Notes: generated by a model not told the origin, from the letters alone. A DNA stretch of 63,725 bases, filler included, from Stramenopiles sp. TOSAG23-3 (GCA_900128585.1; 28 parts of 28 records of this genome joined end to end with filler, not necessarily neighbours in it); one strand, 5' to 3'. Counted from the whole stretch's first letter, positions 1-12,758 are shown. Made by a program: numbers and translations.

Positions 1-1766
1 AGGTCGAGTACTACGCTCAAGTTTAAATTTCATACCAAAAATAGAGTATACAGCTTTCATAAATTGAAGTGAACCAACAACTTCATCTTTCACTTGTTCA
101 GGGGTGCAAAATATATGTGCATCATCTTGCTGGAAACGTCTGACACGTGTCAATCCAGTTAATGCACCAGAACGTTCATTACGATGTAAAACACCAAAAT
201 CAGCCATTCTGATGGGCATTTCTCTGAAAGTTCTGATTTGTTGACGAAACATTAAACAATGTCCAGGACAATTCATTGGCTTCAAGGCAAATTCATCCTG
301 ATCACTTGTATTAAATAAAAACATATCATCTCTGTAGTGCTGATAATGACCTGAAATTTTCCATAAATCAGTTGAAAAAATATTCGGTGTAACAACTTCA
401 TCATAACCGCGCTGCCAATATTCATTTTTTATGAAATCGATTAAAGCATTGTATATACGAGCACCATGAGGAAGAAAGAAAGCTGATCCTGGAGTTAAAT
501 CATGAAAGAAAAATAATTGTTGACGAGGCCCAATGCGACGATGATCATTCATTCTTTTCAATTCCATCACAGCTTTCCATTTTTTCATTTCTTTTTTATC
601 AGGGAATGCAACACCATGTATTTTGGAAAAATATTTCAAAAAAAAAACCTAACATTTGTTAGGTACAAAATTGCGTACGAAAAATAAATTCGAAATTGAA
701 AAAAAATAAAACATACATATACACGCTGTAGTGAGTCACATTTTTCATCACCCATCCAATATGTTGCACTATGTTTTATAACATCCATACACGTAATTGA
801 AGAGGTTGTAGGCACGTGTGGTCCCATACATAAATCAATAAATGGTCCATTTTTGTACACTGTCGTAAATGTATTATCTGTGACTTTTGTTCTTATAATT
901 TCTAATTTAAAGGGATTATACTCAAACAACTCAAGTGCTTCAGCTTTAGAAACAATCATTCTTTCAAACACTTGTTTTTCTTTAATTGTTGTAGCATTTC
1001 TCTTGCTTAGTACCTGGTACCACTTTTCTTCTGTGACAACGTCTTTACCTACAAAAGCATCATAATAAAAACCATTTTTTAGTGGAGGACCAATGGTCAA
1101 GACAGCACCGAATTCACGCTCCATACTTTGACCTAGAATATGAGCTGCAGAGTGCTTAAATGTTGTTTTACCCTCTGGTGTACTGTAATTATGAAAAATA
1201 ATGTCACAATCGCCTTCTAGTGGTCTATTTAAGTCCCACAACTCAAATTCTTGTTTCTCACTGGCGGTAGTTGTATCCATCTCGTCTCCACCAGCCTCAG
1301 CCATCATTTCTTCTTCAGCGTGTGTCACAATATCAGCACCATATCTTACACCAGTATAGCGAACTTCTGCAACAAGTTGACGTTTAGCCATTTGTTTTGA
1401 AATGTTTAATGCAATCATCATTGGTGTAGTTTCCCACGTTGTTCCAGGGTGAGTCTTCTTATCTGGCATGGTGACTGTCATTGCCTCCCGTGGTTTTTCA
1501 AGAAGACGTTTTTCATACGCAGCTTTTACACGATTATATACATCTTCACGAGCAGCAATAAACTGTGGCGATTTACACCCAGAATAAGAATCGCCTCCAA
1601 TTTTACCTTTAGATTGAAGAGTATGGACTTGACCTTCGACAGCACGGTCTTTGTTGACACGACCTAATGTGCTCTGGAGCACATGGACATCCCCACTGCT
1701 CACTTTCAAGCGAGAAAGTTCTGCTTCCAATTCAGCAATACGTTGATCTCTTTCGTTTGGCGTCAT
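1..1766 (-). CDS. TARS: Cytosolic threonyl-tRNA synthetase, two exons (717-1766 and 1-615), 3'-partial
   Basis: Exon 1 has TGS and editing motifs ([31 protein letters not shown]). Exon 2, translated by hand, gives GVAFPD...[10 protein letters not shown]...[17 protein letters not shown]. Confidence 0.97.
616..716 (-). other. 101-nt intron in ThrRS with non-canonical 3' boundary
   Basis: AT-rich insert splitting the conserved LQRVY|GVAFP motif. It has a GTATGT donor and a CTAAC branch-like motif but ends ...AAATACAT. Confidence 0.85.
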
Positions 1767-1993
1767 TTTGCACTACCAAAGATAAGACAACAATCTGAGA
1801 ATTTACTCAAAAGAATAATTGGATTATTGTTTATTACCTATGCGCGAGTAAGTAGTATATACTGCGTGCGTGCGTGTTTACGATACACGTGTGTGAGTGG
1901 TAGCTGAACTAGTTTTTTTGCCATTATTGGCCCAGCAGTTTTGTGCCAATTGAAAAGAAAAAAAAAAAAATTTTATTGTTTTACAATAATGTT

Positions 1994-2195
1994 TTACATT
2001 TTCATTGCAAGTAAAAACTCCTCATAACTAATCACTCCATCAGTCCCACCATATTTCTCAAGCATTTGTGTTGCCTCTGTAGAGTCAAATTGTGATCCCA
2101 AAACTTCTTTTAAATTTTTTTTTGTAATTTGACCTGAGTGATCAACATCTAACATATCAAAGGCCTTTCGTAATTTTGTTTCATTCATGAACATT
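1994..2195 (-). CDS. C-terminal EF-hand pair, CDPK/calmodulin-like (5'-partial)
   Basis: AFDMLDVDHSGQITKKNL and DGVISYEEF EF-hand motifs. Confidence 0.85.
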
Positions 2196-2295
2196 NNNNN
2201 NNNNNNNNNNNNNNNNNNNNNNNNNNNNNNNNNNNNNNNTTAATTAATTAANNNNNNNNNNNNNNNNNNNNNNNNNNNNNNNNNNNNNNNNNNNN

Positions 2296-2390
2296 GGAAT
2301 GCAAACCTAGAATGTCTAAATCTAGATTTCAGTTCGCAGTACATTAATTTTAATTACTTAAATAACAGCCAATTAATTTTCTTATTTTTA
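2296..2390 (+). mobile_element. Interspersed element family A copy
   Basis: GGAATGCAAACC...CAGTACATTAATTTTAATTACTTAAATAACAGCCAA, the exact reverse complement of 43413-43489 over 77 nt. Confidence 0.85.
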
Positions 2391-2532
2391 ATAAGAAAAA
2401 ACAAAAAACTGGCTAATGATATAACCAATAATTTTTTTAATTTTACCACACATTTACTCCTACAAAATATCGTAACACAGAATTAATGAAGATTCTTCTT
2501 TGTTTTCAAAAAATATAATCTCAGAAGATGTA

Positions 2533-4490
2533 TCAGTCTTCCTGTATTGACGCTGCAAAATTTACCATTTCATCCATGGAAATGTGGTCATCTTCGTTGA
2601 CATCCATTTCTTTCCACTTCATTCCGGCCTTTGCCGGGTTCATTAAACTCTTAAGAACCTTGTTTTCCGCAAGTATTCCCTGGACGTCCCCATTGAGCTG
2701 TATAGCTTTCATGAATGTGGCGCGAGAAACTGAACCATTGTGGCTTGGGTCTATAATATCAAACACCGATTGGACCAACGCAATCTCCTCGTATCCTACA
2801 GGTAACATTCGCGCTTTCTGCTGTCTCAAGGAATCAACCCGGCGCTTTGCTGCTTTTTGTCTACCAATATTTTGTATTTTAATTGCTGCGTCTACTTGCT
2901 CATTGTGCTCTTCCCTTCTTTGCTTCACGCGTTCCTTTGCCGCTGCTTGCCTTCGAAGGCTCTGGATTTTAATGGCAGCGTCCGTTTGTTGTCGCCGTTC
3001 CTCCTTCAGTCCTTCCACCCGCTTCTTTGCAGCGTTTTGTCGGCCAACGTTCTGTATTTTAATTGCCGCGGCCTCTTCCCGCTTATCTTGGCGTATTTTT
3101 TCCACGCGCTTTTTTGCCTTTTTTTGCCGACTTATTTTTTGGATTTGAGTCGCGGCCGCGGTTTGTTCGCGCTCAATCCTTTTCTGTTCACGGACCGCCT
3201 CCACTCGTTTCTTTGCTGCTCTCTGCCGTCCCACCTGTTGGATTCGCAACGCCGCTGCTTCTCGCTCCGGGTTGTTCACCGCATCTTGGAGTCCCGCGTG
3301 CATGACATCCCCCAGCAACTCTATGGTAGACTCGTGCACAATGGCTTCTGGTGTTTTTGGGCGCGTAAGTGTGTTTTTCTGGTACGCACGCTTTCCACCA
3401 GGAGATTTTAGAATGTCAGAGCTTCGGGGTCTCAACTCGGCACTTTTTACAGACAGCAACTTCTTTCTATTTTTGCGTTGCTGCTTCAAACGCTTCTCCT
3501 CTGGACTTTTCATATGATCCGGAGTTTCGTAGCGTGGGCGCCGGACTTTAATGTCCAGCTTTGACGACGCACTGCGCAAGGCCTTCTTTATGCTTGGGCG
3601 CATGTCTGGAGGTGCATCTGTGGTGGCTTCCAACCGTTGTAAAAACCTGGGCATACCCTTCGGGGCAGAGGTGGGCCTAATGGCTTCCCACAAGTCTGGA
3701 CGGGGGGGCGGGTTGACCAACGGAGAAACACTTAATCGATACAGGTGGGCAATGTCGTCGGTGGACAATTTAGGCGTTCGTTTTCTCCTGCCGTGCGATG
3801 TTGAGCTCCTCTTGCGTGTCGCCTTTCTCTTGCTTTCATCCTTGGGCTCTAGCACGGACTCGAACTTGGCTGATTTAGATTTCTCCTCTGCGAAAAATTT
3901 CACTTTCTTTTTTGGCTTTGGCCTCTTCCGAGAACCTGGAGGGCCGTGTTTTGTCCTCATTTTTTGGGCCTGCCTGTATTCGCGATTCTTTATTTTCAAC
4001 AGTTGCACTTTTTGTTTCCGCTCTAAAATTCTATCCTGCCAGTCCCTATCCATTGCCTCTCGTTCCATTTTTTCCTTTAGTCGCTTTAACTTCACCGCTG
4101 AATTTTTCTCATCGCAGAAAAGTGAGTGAGCATGAGAACTGCCACGACTCTTGGACCGCTTTTCGTATTCTTTCTCTTTTTCGATGTGTTTCTGCACTAG
4201 CAATCTTTCTTGTTTCTCCTGTATTTTTTTCTCTTCCCACTGCCTAAAGTAGACGTCCCTGTCTTCTTGGGTGACATCTTTGTACTGGAGGCGCTTGTCT
4301 ACTTTTGTCGGGCTTACTGTAGGATTGTTCCATAGAGGCTTTTCTTTTTTTGAATCCTCAGCCTCTGTTAATTGAGTTGGCTTCCACCCAGGACCCTCTT
4401 TATGCTGCTTAAATTCCACACCCCTTTTCATCACGTAGTTTTCTACGCTTCTTTGGACGGCCAAATCTTGTTCTAAATTCCTCAGCCACA
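2533..4490 (-). CDS. Tandem IQ-motif (calmodulin-binding) protein with C-terminal EF-hands (5'-partial)
   Basis: Five AA(I/L/T)xIQxxxRQxxAKxRV repeats; DPSHNGSVS and DVNEDDHISMDE EF loops. Confidence 0.85.
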
Positions 4491-4590
4491 NNNNNNNNNN
4501 NNNNNNNNNNNNNNNNNNNNNNNNNNNNNNNNNNTTAATTAATTAANNNNNNNNNNNNNNNNNNNNNNNNNNNNNNNNNNNNNNNNNNNN

Positions 4591-6403
4591 CATACTGTCG
4601 TTTTACATGCTGCTCTGGGTTCACTTTGTCCACTCTGCCCCCTTGAATTTTTTGGTACACCACAGAATCACCAGGTTTGAACGTGCCTGTTGGGGTTTGT
4701 TCGCAGCCCATGCACTGTTTCTCCCCTTGAATCCGGGTCGAACCCCATGATACAAAACTGCAAAAGGCGGCGGGCAACGTTTTGCAACTTTCCAGGCAGG
4801 ATTCAAGGGTGATCCGTGGACCAAACTTTATGGTGTTATCTTGCTCAGAGCAAGCGCGACTGGCCAGTGACCACAGAGGAATGAAGCTGGTTCGAAAGTC
4901 CTTCCCTGAAGACAAGTGCGAACTAGGAATCCCATGCGCTAATTGGCGCTCTTGCATCAGTGTCGATTCTGAGTGCACCACGCTGGCAACTCTGCGCTCC
5001 ATTTGAACCACGAGGCTGTTCCACTCTGCAGTACCAAAGCGAAGGCATTTGGCAAAAGCAAACTGTTGACAAAATTGAACGTTTTGAGGAAACACTGCAT
5101 ACAAACGAAGGCGTGCTTTGTTTTCCAGCGCCGTTATGGCTGCGATTGTCTTCCAAGTTGAGATCGCTGCGGTCTCAAAAAACATTATATCCAGGGAAAA
5201 ATGGCCCCTATCATACGTACAGCGCCCGGGACACACCGTTAAGATTTCAATCGGAATCCTTGTCCCGAGTCGAAGCAATGAACGGAACGTTTTATAGCTT
5301 CTTCCTTCGTCTAAGTACAACAGCAATTTCGGGGTTCCATTGTTGGGGGGAGCCTTCGAAAGTTTTGCCATGACCAGCGCGCCAATTGGATCGTTGCCCC
5401 CTTCTACCCCGCTTTTAATGATACTTTTTGCCTTGTTGCCAAGACACTTGACTTCGTCAAGCTCATTGGCGCCTTTGTCCGAATAAAAATGAACATTGTC
5501 CAGGAAGTGAAAATTGGGGTTGCTGTCGGTGGTCATTATCAGCTCAATATCATCGGGTCTTAGGTCACTGACCCTCGTAAAGTGCCGAGATTTGTGCATG
5601 CACAGAATGCTATTGTACCCCGCGTCGCTCACAAAGTAGGACGATTCAGCCAAACTCCCGTTAAGAGTTTCGTTATCCTTCGTCTCTAGCCAAGCAAACA
5701 CATGGTGAACACCGACTGTCTGTGACATAGAAATAGACGCGGAGAGAATCATGCCCGCATTAGGGATTTCTGGTGGAGGCTGCTCTGCCTTTGACAGGGG
5801 TTTGCACAAGCGTACGCCTCTCCTTGATCTTGGGAGCTTGGACCAGATATTCCACCCTTTCTGCAGATCAGTCCCGAGGCAAAGGTTTAGGGATGGGTAC
5901 AAATTGTGCGCGACCAAAAGACGGACTCTATAATCAATAACAAGGTTTGTGGCCCCATTAACCGTGGCAGTTGTATTATAGGGGTGGACCACTTCCCCCT
6001 GTCGGGGGTATTCAAATTGTACCATGGGGTGCAATGATTCGTCTACGTATGCAAACGGCATGCTTGAAAGGCAGGAACTTCCTTTAAAAATCTCGAAACA
6101 GGTCCATCGTGCGATGTATTCAAAAACTTTCGGCAGTAAATGCGGCAAGACAAAATTTTCAAACTCCGACTCAGATAGTCCCACTAGACGATAACAGCTT
6201 GAAGAGAGTAGTTTGTACCACTCAGACTCAGAGACCAATGCCGGTTCTTTCGGCTCTTGTATTCCACAGAAAGCAGTTTTGTTGTTGACTTCTAGACGAA
6301 ACAACAGAGTCACGGGTGGTAAACCATTGCGGCCATCGTGCGGCTTTGCTGCAACGGCAAGGAGCCCGAACGACCATAACAGACAATGGAACACACCGGG
6401 CAT
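4591..6403 (-). CDS. Secreted hypothetical protein with a PAN/apple-like Cys module (3'-partial)
   Basis: Signal-peptide-like N-terminus; C-terminal TLESCLESC...CSFVSW...C pattern. Confidence 0.6.
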
Positions 6404-6883
6404 TATGTTGAGATCCTAATTTTGGACGCAGACTCTTATATAACAATTATTGGCCACTTTTAATTCGTTGTGCCTCTTCAAAAAATTGCAAGAAGATATG
6501 CCTTCATACATTATGAAATCCTTTCACCACTGCGAAAGCAAATCTTTTCTTTGTCGCAGACATTTGTCATAATTTTGTTGACGATTGTCTGAGGAAGAAA
6601 ATAGTCATATATAATTATTTTATTAATTAATTTATATCTTCTCTTCTTCTTCACATCATCTGATATCATATTATTTCATATTTTATAAACCTATTATTAT
6701 ATAGTCTATTATTATACGACACGAACGTAGGCGAAAGCCAATCTGCACACCCTACTCCCAACTCTAAACTTTACCTCATCCTTNNNNNNNNNNNNNNNNN
6801 NNNNNNNNNNNNNNNNNNNNNNNNNNNTTAATTAATTAANNNNNNNNNNNNNNNNNNNNNNNNNNNNNNNNNNNNNNNNNNNN

Positions 6884-6960
6884 AACAGGTACAGGTTCCT
6901 GGTTCCTGGTTCACCTGGTTCAATTTCACCTGGTGCCTGTTATTACCTGTACCCGTACGG
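6884..6960. repeat. Short (A/C)CTGGTT-type tandem repeat bounded by a 9-bp inverted repeat
   Basis: GGTACAGGT 6888-6896 and ACCTGTACC 6945-6953 flank CCTGGTT units at a contig end. Confidence 0.55.
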
Positions 6961-7468
6961 TATAAATACAATATTTCATTTGTGTTGCAACTTTTCCTTC
7001 CCTTCCAACGTACATGATGATGCAAATGACAAAGTATCTTCTATATAATTATGACTACGTAGTTATAATAATATGAAAGAGAGGTATATTCCTATTCCTT
7101 TATTAAATTGTTGGTGGCTTCGTTGATTGGTTCATTCTCCTTCTATTAACCCTAATTGTATTTTAGATTTTATGTTATTAATTATGTATTATTATTATAT
7201 TCATATACAGCAGCTATATATATTATAGTAAAAAATATTTTATTTTTTAACGTTTATTATTATTATATTATTATATTATAGTCTCTAAAAAATAGACAAG
7301 AACGATAGACGACTAGATTATTGCTCCAATTTATATGTTAAACGAACCAATGACCGTATAAAAGGGACTTGGCGATTCAATTAAAGAACAAAGAACGATA
7401 TTTTTTTAGAAACGGCGAGGAAAGTGTAGTTCTGGTTGTTGTTTGAAAAAACCTGGTACACGGGTGAC

Positions 7469-7810
7469 ATGAACCTTTGCAGCGACACCGCGCTTCTCCG
7501 GTTGGTGCTTCTCCTGTCGGTTTTCAAGTCGTTCAACGGACAACGGCTTGCCAGTCATATCAACGGCGCCAGCAAACTGTATTTTTGTGGAGTACATGGT
7601 AATGCTGGAATTTTAAAAGACAACGCGTGTGTAAGCGTATTGATGAATATGATTTCTCTTTGTTCACAGAGATTGACAGCAAATTAAAACAAAAACTAAC
7701 AATGTTTTCTCTTCGTGATATATGGAAAGGATAAACACATCACAATCGAGATAATAAGGAATGCTTTTAATGATTTCTTAATGATAAAAATTGGTCTTAA
7801 TTATATATAA
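7469..7810 (+). CDS. Possible small secreted protein with one intron (7631-7729)
   Basis: Hydrophobic N-terminus; removing a GTAAGC...CTAAC...AG segment gives an 80-aa frame. Confidence 0.25.
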
Positions 7811-7927
7811 AATAATATAATAAAAAAATCATTCTGTTAGTTTTTCTTCTTCTTTCTTCTCTTCTTTATTATCTTTCTTCTTGATATCTTCTTGTATTTT
7901 ATTATACCGTTCAGTATTATAAGTATC

Positions 7928-8107
7928 ATGGGCGTTTCACGGTCGAAAGCCTATCGCGCCTCGGTCGCCGCTGTCACCGAAGGAGGACTCTTCTATAATT
8001 TAATGTTCGAGGATTCAAGCCCGTTCGGTTTGACGCTGAACAATGGAGTGGAAGAGTTGAAGAATGTGCCATGGGAGGAAATAACAGACCCAGATGAATT
8101 TTTTTAG
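7928..8107 (+). CDS. Small hypothetical protein (59 aa)
   Basis: GC-rich island with an ATG-to-stop frame in AT-rich surroundings. Confidence 0.35.
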   Translation: MGVSRSKAYRASVAAVTEGGLFYNLMFEDSSPFGLTLNNGVEELKNVPWEEITDPDEFF

Positions 8108-8135
8108 AGCAATAAATATTCTAAAAGATTTAATT

Positions 8136-8308
8136 AAAAACAAGAAAATTGGCTGTTATTATAAGTAATTAAATTTAGCTTCCTCATACCCTAATCCTAA
8201 CTTGATTCTGTAATTTTGTTTCTTTGTTGGTTGTCAATCGCCGAAGGGATATAATTTCCAATGAACAATTAAAATATGATAACATTTTTAAAAACAAAAA
8301 ATTGGCTG
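8136..8308. mobile_element. Cluster of element fragments: family B (8136-8187, -), family D (8188-8228, +), short core (8290-8308, -)
   Basis: AAAACAAGAAAATTGGCTGTTATT...AAATTTAGCTTCCTCAT followed by ACCCTAATCCTA..TTGATT. Confidence 0.75.
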
Positions 8309-8325
8309 CAAAACCAACCTAATTT

Positions 8326-9076
8326 TCACCAGTGGTCCTCGTTCGAATCGTAGTCGTCTTCCATTTTTGACGCCAGTTCTCCTGCTTTCGTACCCCCACC
8401 GGCCGCTTCAATACGCTGCCGATGTCGCAGTTTGGCTTGCATCAGCGAGTGTGTTAAAACTCCCATTCTAATCCCCATTTCTTCAATTTCTTCTTTTAAA
8501 CGCTTTATGGAACTCTTGATCTTGACGAGAGGAGACGTATCCGTCATGTTACTCCCCCTTTCTTCCATCGTGTGTTTCACTTCTTCAAGTGCATCAGAGA
8601 CTTCCTGTAGGTCGACGGTCAAGCAACTTAGATGTTGGCTCTTTGCGTCTCTTTCGGAACGCAGGCTTACCATTTTGTCTAAAGTTTCTTTGTAATCCGC
8701 AACTACACCCGCGAGCGATTTGTTCAGGTAACCCTCTCTGGTGGCAATAGATTCAAGGGAGTTTTTGACATTTTCTGCTACGCGAGCTAGCATCAATTTA
8801 CTATCCGGGAGCGTCTGCGTCACTACTTCTTTGTGCCGTCTCGAAAGGTCGAGGTGCGACCTCCACTCTTTTGTGCCCTCTACCTTTGGTGCAGTCAGTT
8901 TCGGGCGTACCCGCTCTAGTTCCGTTTTCCACAAAATTGGGTCAATTTCTGACTCCATTTTTTCTCGATCTTCGTCTTCGTCTGCAACCTTGCTGTACAC
9001 TTCTTCGTTGACAGTTTCACTGTAAAAAATCTCTTCTTCCCCAGAATCTTCCTGGAATTTCTCTGCCACGTCGTGG
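8326..9076 (-). CDS. IFT57: Intraflagellar transport protein 57 (5'-partial)
   Basis: IDPILWKTELERVRPKL, KEWRSHL, MEERGSNMTDTSPLVKIK motifs. Confidence 0.93.
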
Positions 9077-9182
9077 NNNNNNNNNNNNNNNNNNNNNNNN
9101 NNNNNNNNNNNNNNNNNNNNTTAATTAATTAANNNNNNNNNNNNNNNNNNNNNNNNNNNNNNNNNNNNNNNNNNNNATTGTT

Positions 9183-11174
9183 ATGTTTTTTTTAACGAGG
9201 AGGGTGACCTTGGCGGCCGTGCGGCCCAAACTGTTCTCCACTATGACGGCAGTGCAAGTGCACGAGTTAGGGGACGAGTCAAAGCTTGTTTTGAACCCCA
9301 ACGTACGTGTCCCTGAGATATCGCCCACGGAATGCTTGGTGGAGAACCATTACGCTGGGTTGAATTTCCACGACACGTACACTCGCAGCGGGTTGTACCC
9401 GTTACAGCTTCCGTTTGTCGTTGGCTGCGAAGGCGGTGGCGTTGTGAAGCGGGTCGGCAGCCACGTAACGCACGTTAAGGAAGGCGATCGGGTCGTGTAC
9501 TTGCAAGAGGGCGAAAACGGCAGCTACGCCCAGTACACGAACGTCGAGCACACAAGGCTCATGCCAGTACCGGACGATGTCGATTTGGACATGGCGACTG
9601 CTGCAGCTGTTCAAGGGCTGACTGCCCACTACCTGGTAAACGACAGTTACGCCGTTCAAGACGGTGACTGGTGCCTCGTCCACGCTGCAGCCGGCGGCAC
9701 TGGCCAGATTATTGTTCAAATGGCAAAGAACAAGGGGGCAAGGGTGATAGGCACGTGTTCTACCGCAGAAAAGGCAGAAATAGCAAAGGCCAGGGGCTGC
9801 GATTTTGTTATTTTGACCAAGTCGGACGAGCTTCAAGCCGACGACGACGTTTGGCCCGCATTGGCCGACAAAGTCAAGAAAATCGTGACTGAGAACACGG
9901 ACGGCCCCATTCTTGCGGCAAATTACGGCCCATTGAATTTGAACGACGGTGTACACTGTGTGTTTGATGGGGTTGGAAAACTTAGCGCAATCGCAAGCTT
10001 GGAAAGCTTGCGCCCGAGGGGCACCGCAGTGTTCTTTGGAAACGCAAGTGGTGCGCCCCCAGACATTCCCCCATTGCTACTCTCAAAGCTCGGCAGCCTT
10101 TCCATGACTCGCCCTAAAATGCACGACTTTGTTAGGACGCGCGAGGAGTTGGTGGAGCGGAGCTCAAGTGTGTTTCAAATGCTGCAGAACGGCCAGATAG
10201 GGTTTAGTATTCAGGAGAACGTAAAGTTTTGCAAAGAGGGCGTGGCAAGGGCAACAAAGCTGCTTCAGGAAAGAAAGACGGTGGGGAAGGTCTTGTTCGA
10301 CATTCAGCAAGGTCTTGCCTCCAACCACCAAGCCGCAACAGACATCCTGGCGTCTAGGCAGGCCCGTACTGTCGAAAAAATTGGGAGGATGGAAGCGGCA
10401 ATTATTCCGCTGACGCTAGAAGATGCGTACAGTGTGCAAAATTCTGTGAAAGATGCAATTATTCACCGAGGGAGCGGCGCCACGGAGGTCGTTGGAAAGA
10501 AAATTGCGGCAACGAGCACAATGGCGCAGGAGTCGGTACGTGTCAACGAACCATTCTACGGAAATCTTTTCTCTCACTCGACATTTTCGTCCCCTGCAAA
10601 GATTAATGTCAATAGTGCAGAGTTGGGGCTTCAGGACCAATTCATTTTGATCGAACCGGAGTTTGCCGTCATGATGGCCGAAGATTTGGAGATTGGCACA
10701 GAACACACGTACGACAGCATCAAAGGGAGCATTGGCAGTATTTTTCCAAGCGTCGAAATTGTCACAAGCGCGTTCTCGGTGGAAAACTTTGAAGATTTTA
10801 AAAATGTCGGAGCTCCTTCCCTTATTGCGGACAACGCTAGCCATGGGGGACTCGTGCTGGGGAAGCAGTTTTCTGCCACGGACAACACGAATTTTCCCCA
10901 GGTCTTAGAGGGTTTGAACGATCACAGTTGTTCGTTAGAGGTCAATGGGGACTGGTGTGCGGAGGGAACGGGTGACCGTGTCCTGGGGCACCCTCTTCAC
11001 GCCCTTTGCTGGCTTGCCAACCAGATGGGCAAACGTGGGGAAACGTTGAAAAAGGGCGAGCTGATTACTACCGGGGTAGTCGTTGACAAACTTGTTGTTG
11101 TGAACGTTGGAGACACAGTGAACGTAAATTATGGAGATCTGCTTGGTACAGTGACATTCAGCTTTGAGAAGTAA
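9183..11174 (+). CDS. Fusion of NADPH:quinone oxidoreductase (MDR/zeta-crystallin family) and 2-keto-4-pentenoate hydratase-like FAH domain
   Basis: N-half: GLNFHDTYTRSGLY, GCEGGG, VHAAAGGTG, FGNASG. C-half: EDAYSVQ, IEPEFA, LIADNA, VLGHPL, LKKGELITTG. Confidence 0.9.
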   Translation: MFFLTRRVTLAAVRPKLFSTMTAVQVHELGDESKLVLNPNVRVPEISPTECLVENHYAGLNFHDTYTRSGLYPLQLPFVVGCEGGGVVKRVGSHVTHVKEGDRVVYLQEGENGSYAQYTNVEHTRLMPVPDDVDLDMATAAAVQGLTAHYLVNDSYAVQDGDWCLVHAAAGGTGQIIVQMAKNKGARVIGTCSTAEKAEIAKARGCDFVILTKSDELQADDDVWPALADKVKKIVTENTDGPILAANYGPLNLNDGVHCVFDGVGKLSAIASLESLRPRGTAVFFGNASGAPPDIPPLLLSKLGSLSMTRPKMHDFVRTREELVERSSSVFQMLQNGQIGFSIQENVKFCKEGVARATKLLQERKTVGKVLFDIQQGLASNHQAATDILASRQARTVEKIGRMEAAIIPLTLEDAYSVQNSVKDAIIHRGSGATEVVGKKIAATSTMAQESVRVNEPFYGNLFSHSTFSSPAKINVNSAELGLQDQFILIEPEFAVMMAEDLEIGTEHTYDSIKGSIGSIFPSVEIVTSAFSVENFEDFKNVGAPSLIADNASHGGLVLGKQFSATDNTNFPQVLEGLNDHSCSLEVNGDWCAEGTGDRVLGHPLHALCWLANQMGKRGETLKKGELITTGVVVDKLVVVNVGDTVNVNYGDLLGTVTFSFEK

Positions 11175-11467
11175 AGGGTTTTCTGTAATTTACGAACTCC
11201 AAATCATTGAACAGGGGTCGTTTTTGGGAATAATTATTATATAGGTAAAAATTAGTACATTAATTAGTATACTATATTATTATTCTACTATTTTTTCAAG
11301 GAGACGTTGCGACGAGAGCAAGGATGCAAGTATCTTTGGCGCGGAATTGAAAAATGGTCAACAACTTNNNNNNNNNNNNNNNNNNNNNNNNNNNNNNNNN
11401 NNNNNNNNNNNTTAATTAATTAANNNNNNNNNNNNNNNNNNNNNNNNNNNNNNNNNNNNNNNNNNNN

Positions 11468-12758
11468 CTACGAGTTTAACGATAGCGACCTTCAAACATC
11501 AATTGAAGTTTTGCGTAACTTTTTGCTGGAGTGCAATGATCTTGTTCCATGGGATTCTTTGACGTACGTTACGGGAGAAATTAATTATGGTGGCAGGGTC
11601 ACTGACGACTGGGATCGGCGTTGCCTGCTTCAGGTTTTGGGGAAATTTTACAGTCCTGAGATCATAAATGATACTTATGCTTTCTCTGGCAGTGGCGTGT
11701 ACCGTGCTCCTCGTGGTGAGGCCACGTATGATACCTGCATGGAATATCTTAAAGCTCTCCCTCTGAAGGATGACCCCGAAATTTTTGGAATGCATGAAAA
11801 TGCAAACGTTGCCTCTCAAATGCAACAAACTAATGAGTTAATTCAAGTAGTACTGATGATGCAGCCAAGATCAAGCGGTGGCGGTGGTGAAAAAACCGGG
11901 GACCAAATCGTCCAAGAGGTAGCAGAACGCTTAGAAAACAGTTTTCCCGAAGATTTGCGCATGGAAAATGCGGGTAAAACAACATTTAAGGTGGACTCCG
12001 AAGGCATTATGGACTCGTTGGGGACTGTGTTAAGCCAAGAGCTGCAAAAATTTAATAGGTTGTTGCGATTGGCCAGAAAAACAATAGCAGAGTTACAAAA
12101 GGCAATAAAGGGCCTGGTTGTCATGAGCGCTGATTTGGAGACCATGTACGAAGATTTCATGTTCAACAACATTCCGCGGCTTTGGGGACAGGTTTCGTAC
12201 GATTCGTTAAAATCTTTGGCCTCCTATGAACTCGATTTACAAACCCGAATTGAGTTTATGAGAAGATGGCTCCACAAAGGCCGACCATCCGCTTTTCCTT
12301 TATATTTGTTTTTCTTCCCTCAGGGATTTTTGACAGGGGTCCTGCAAAATCATGCTCGACAGTACCTTGTTCCAATCAATACCTTGGATTTTTCTTTCAG
12401 AATTGTCAGGGACGTAGAATGCATTGAAAAGATTAAAGCGCCCAAAGACGGTGTTTACATTTATGGCCTATGGATGGAAGGGGCTAGATTCGACAGGGAG
12501 AAAGGCCATTTGGAAGAATCTTATCCAGGTGAAATGTTCTCGGAAATGCCAACAGTTCATTTCTTGCCTACTCGGGGCCACGAATCAGCGAAAGAGAATT
12601 ATCTATGCCCAGTCTATAAGACGACTGTCCGAGCGGGGGCGCTCTCAACGACTGGCATTTCTACAAATTACGTTGTTGCAATAGAGTTGCCTACGAAAGA
12701 GAAACCGTCGCACTGGATATTTGAAGGTGTAGCGTGCGTTTTGAATATGAACGATTGA
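11468..12758 (+). CDS. Axonemal dynein heavy chain, C-terminal region (5'-partial)
   Basis: YEFNDSD, GEINYGGRVTDDWDRR, FFFPQGFLTGVLQNHAR, YLCPVYKT. Confidence 0.96.
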
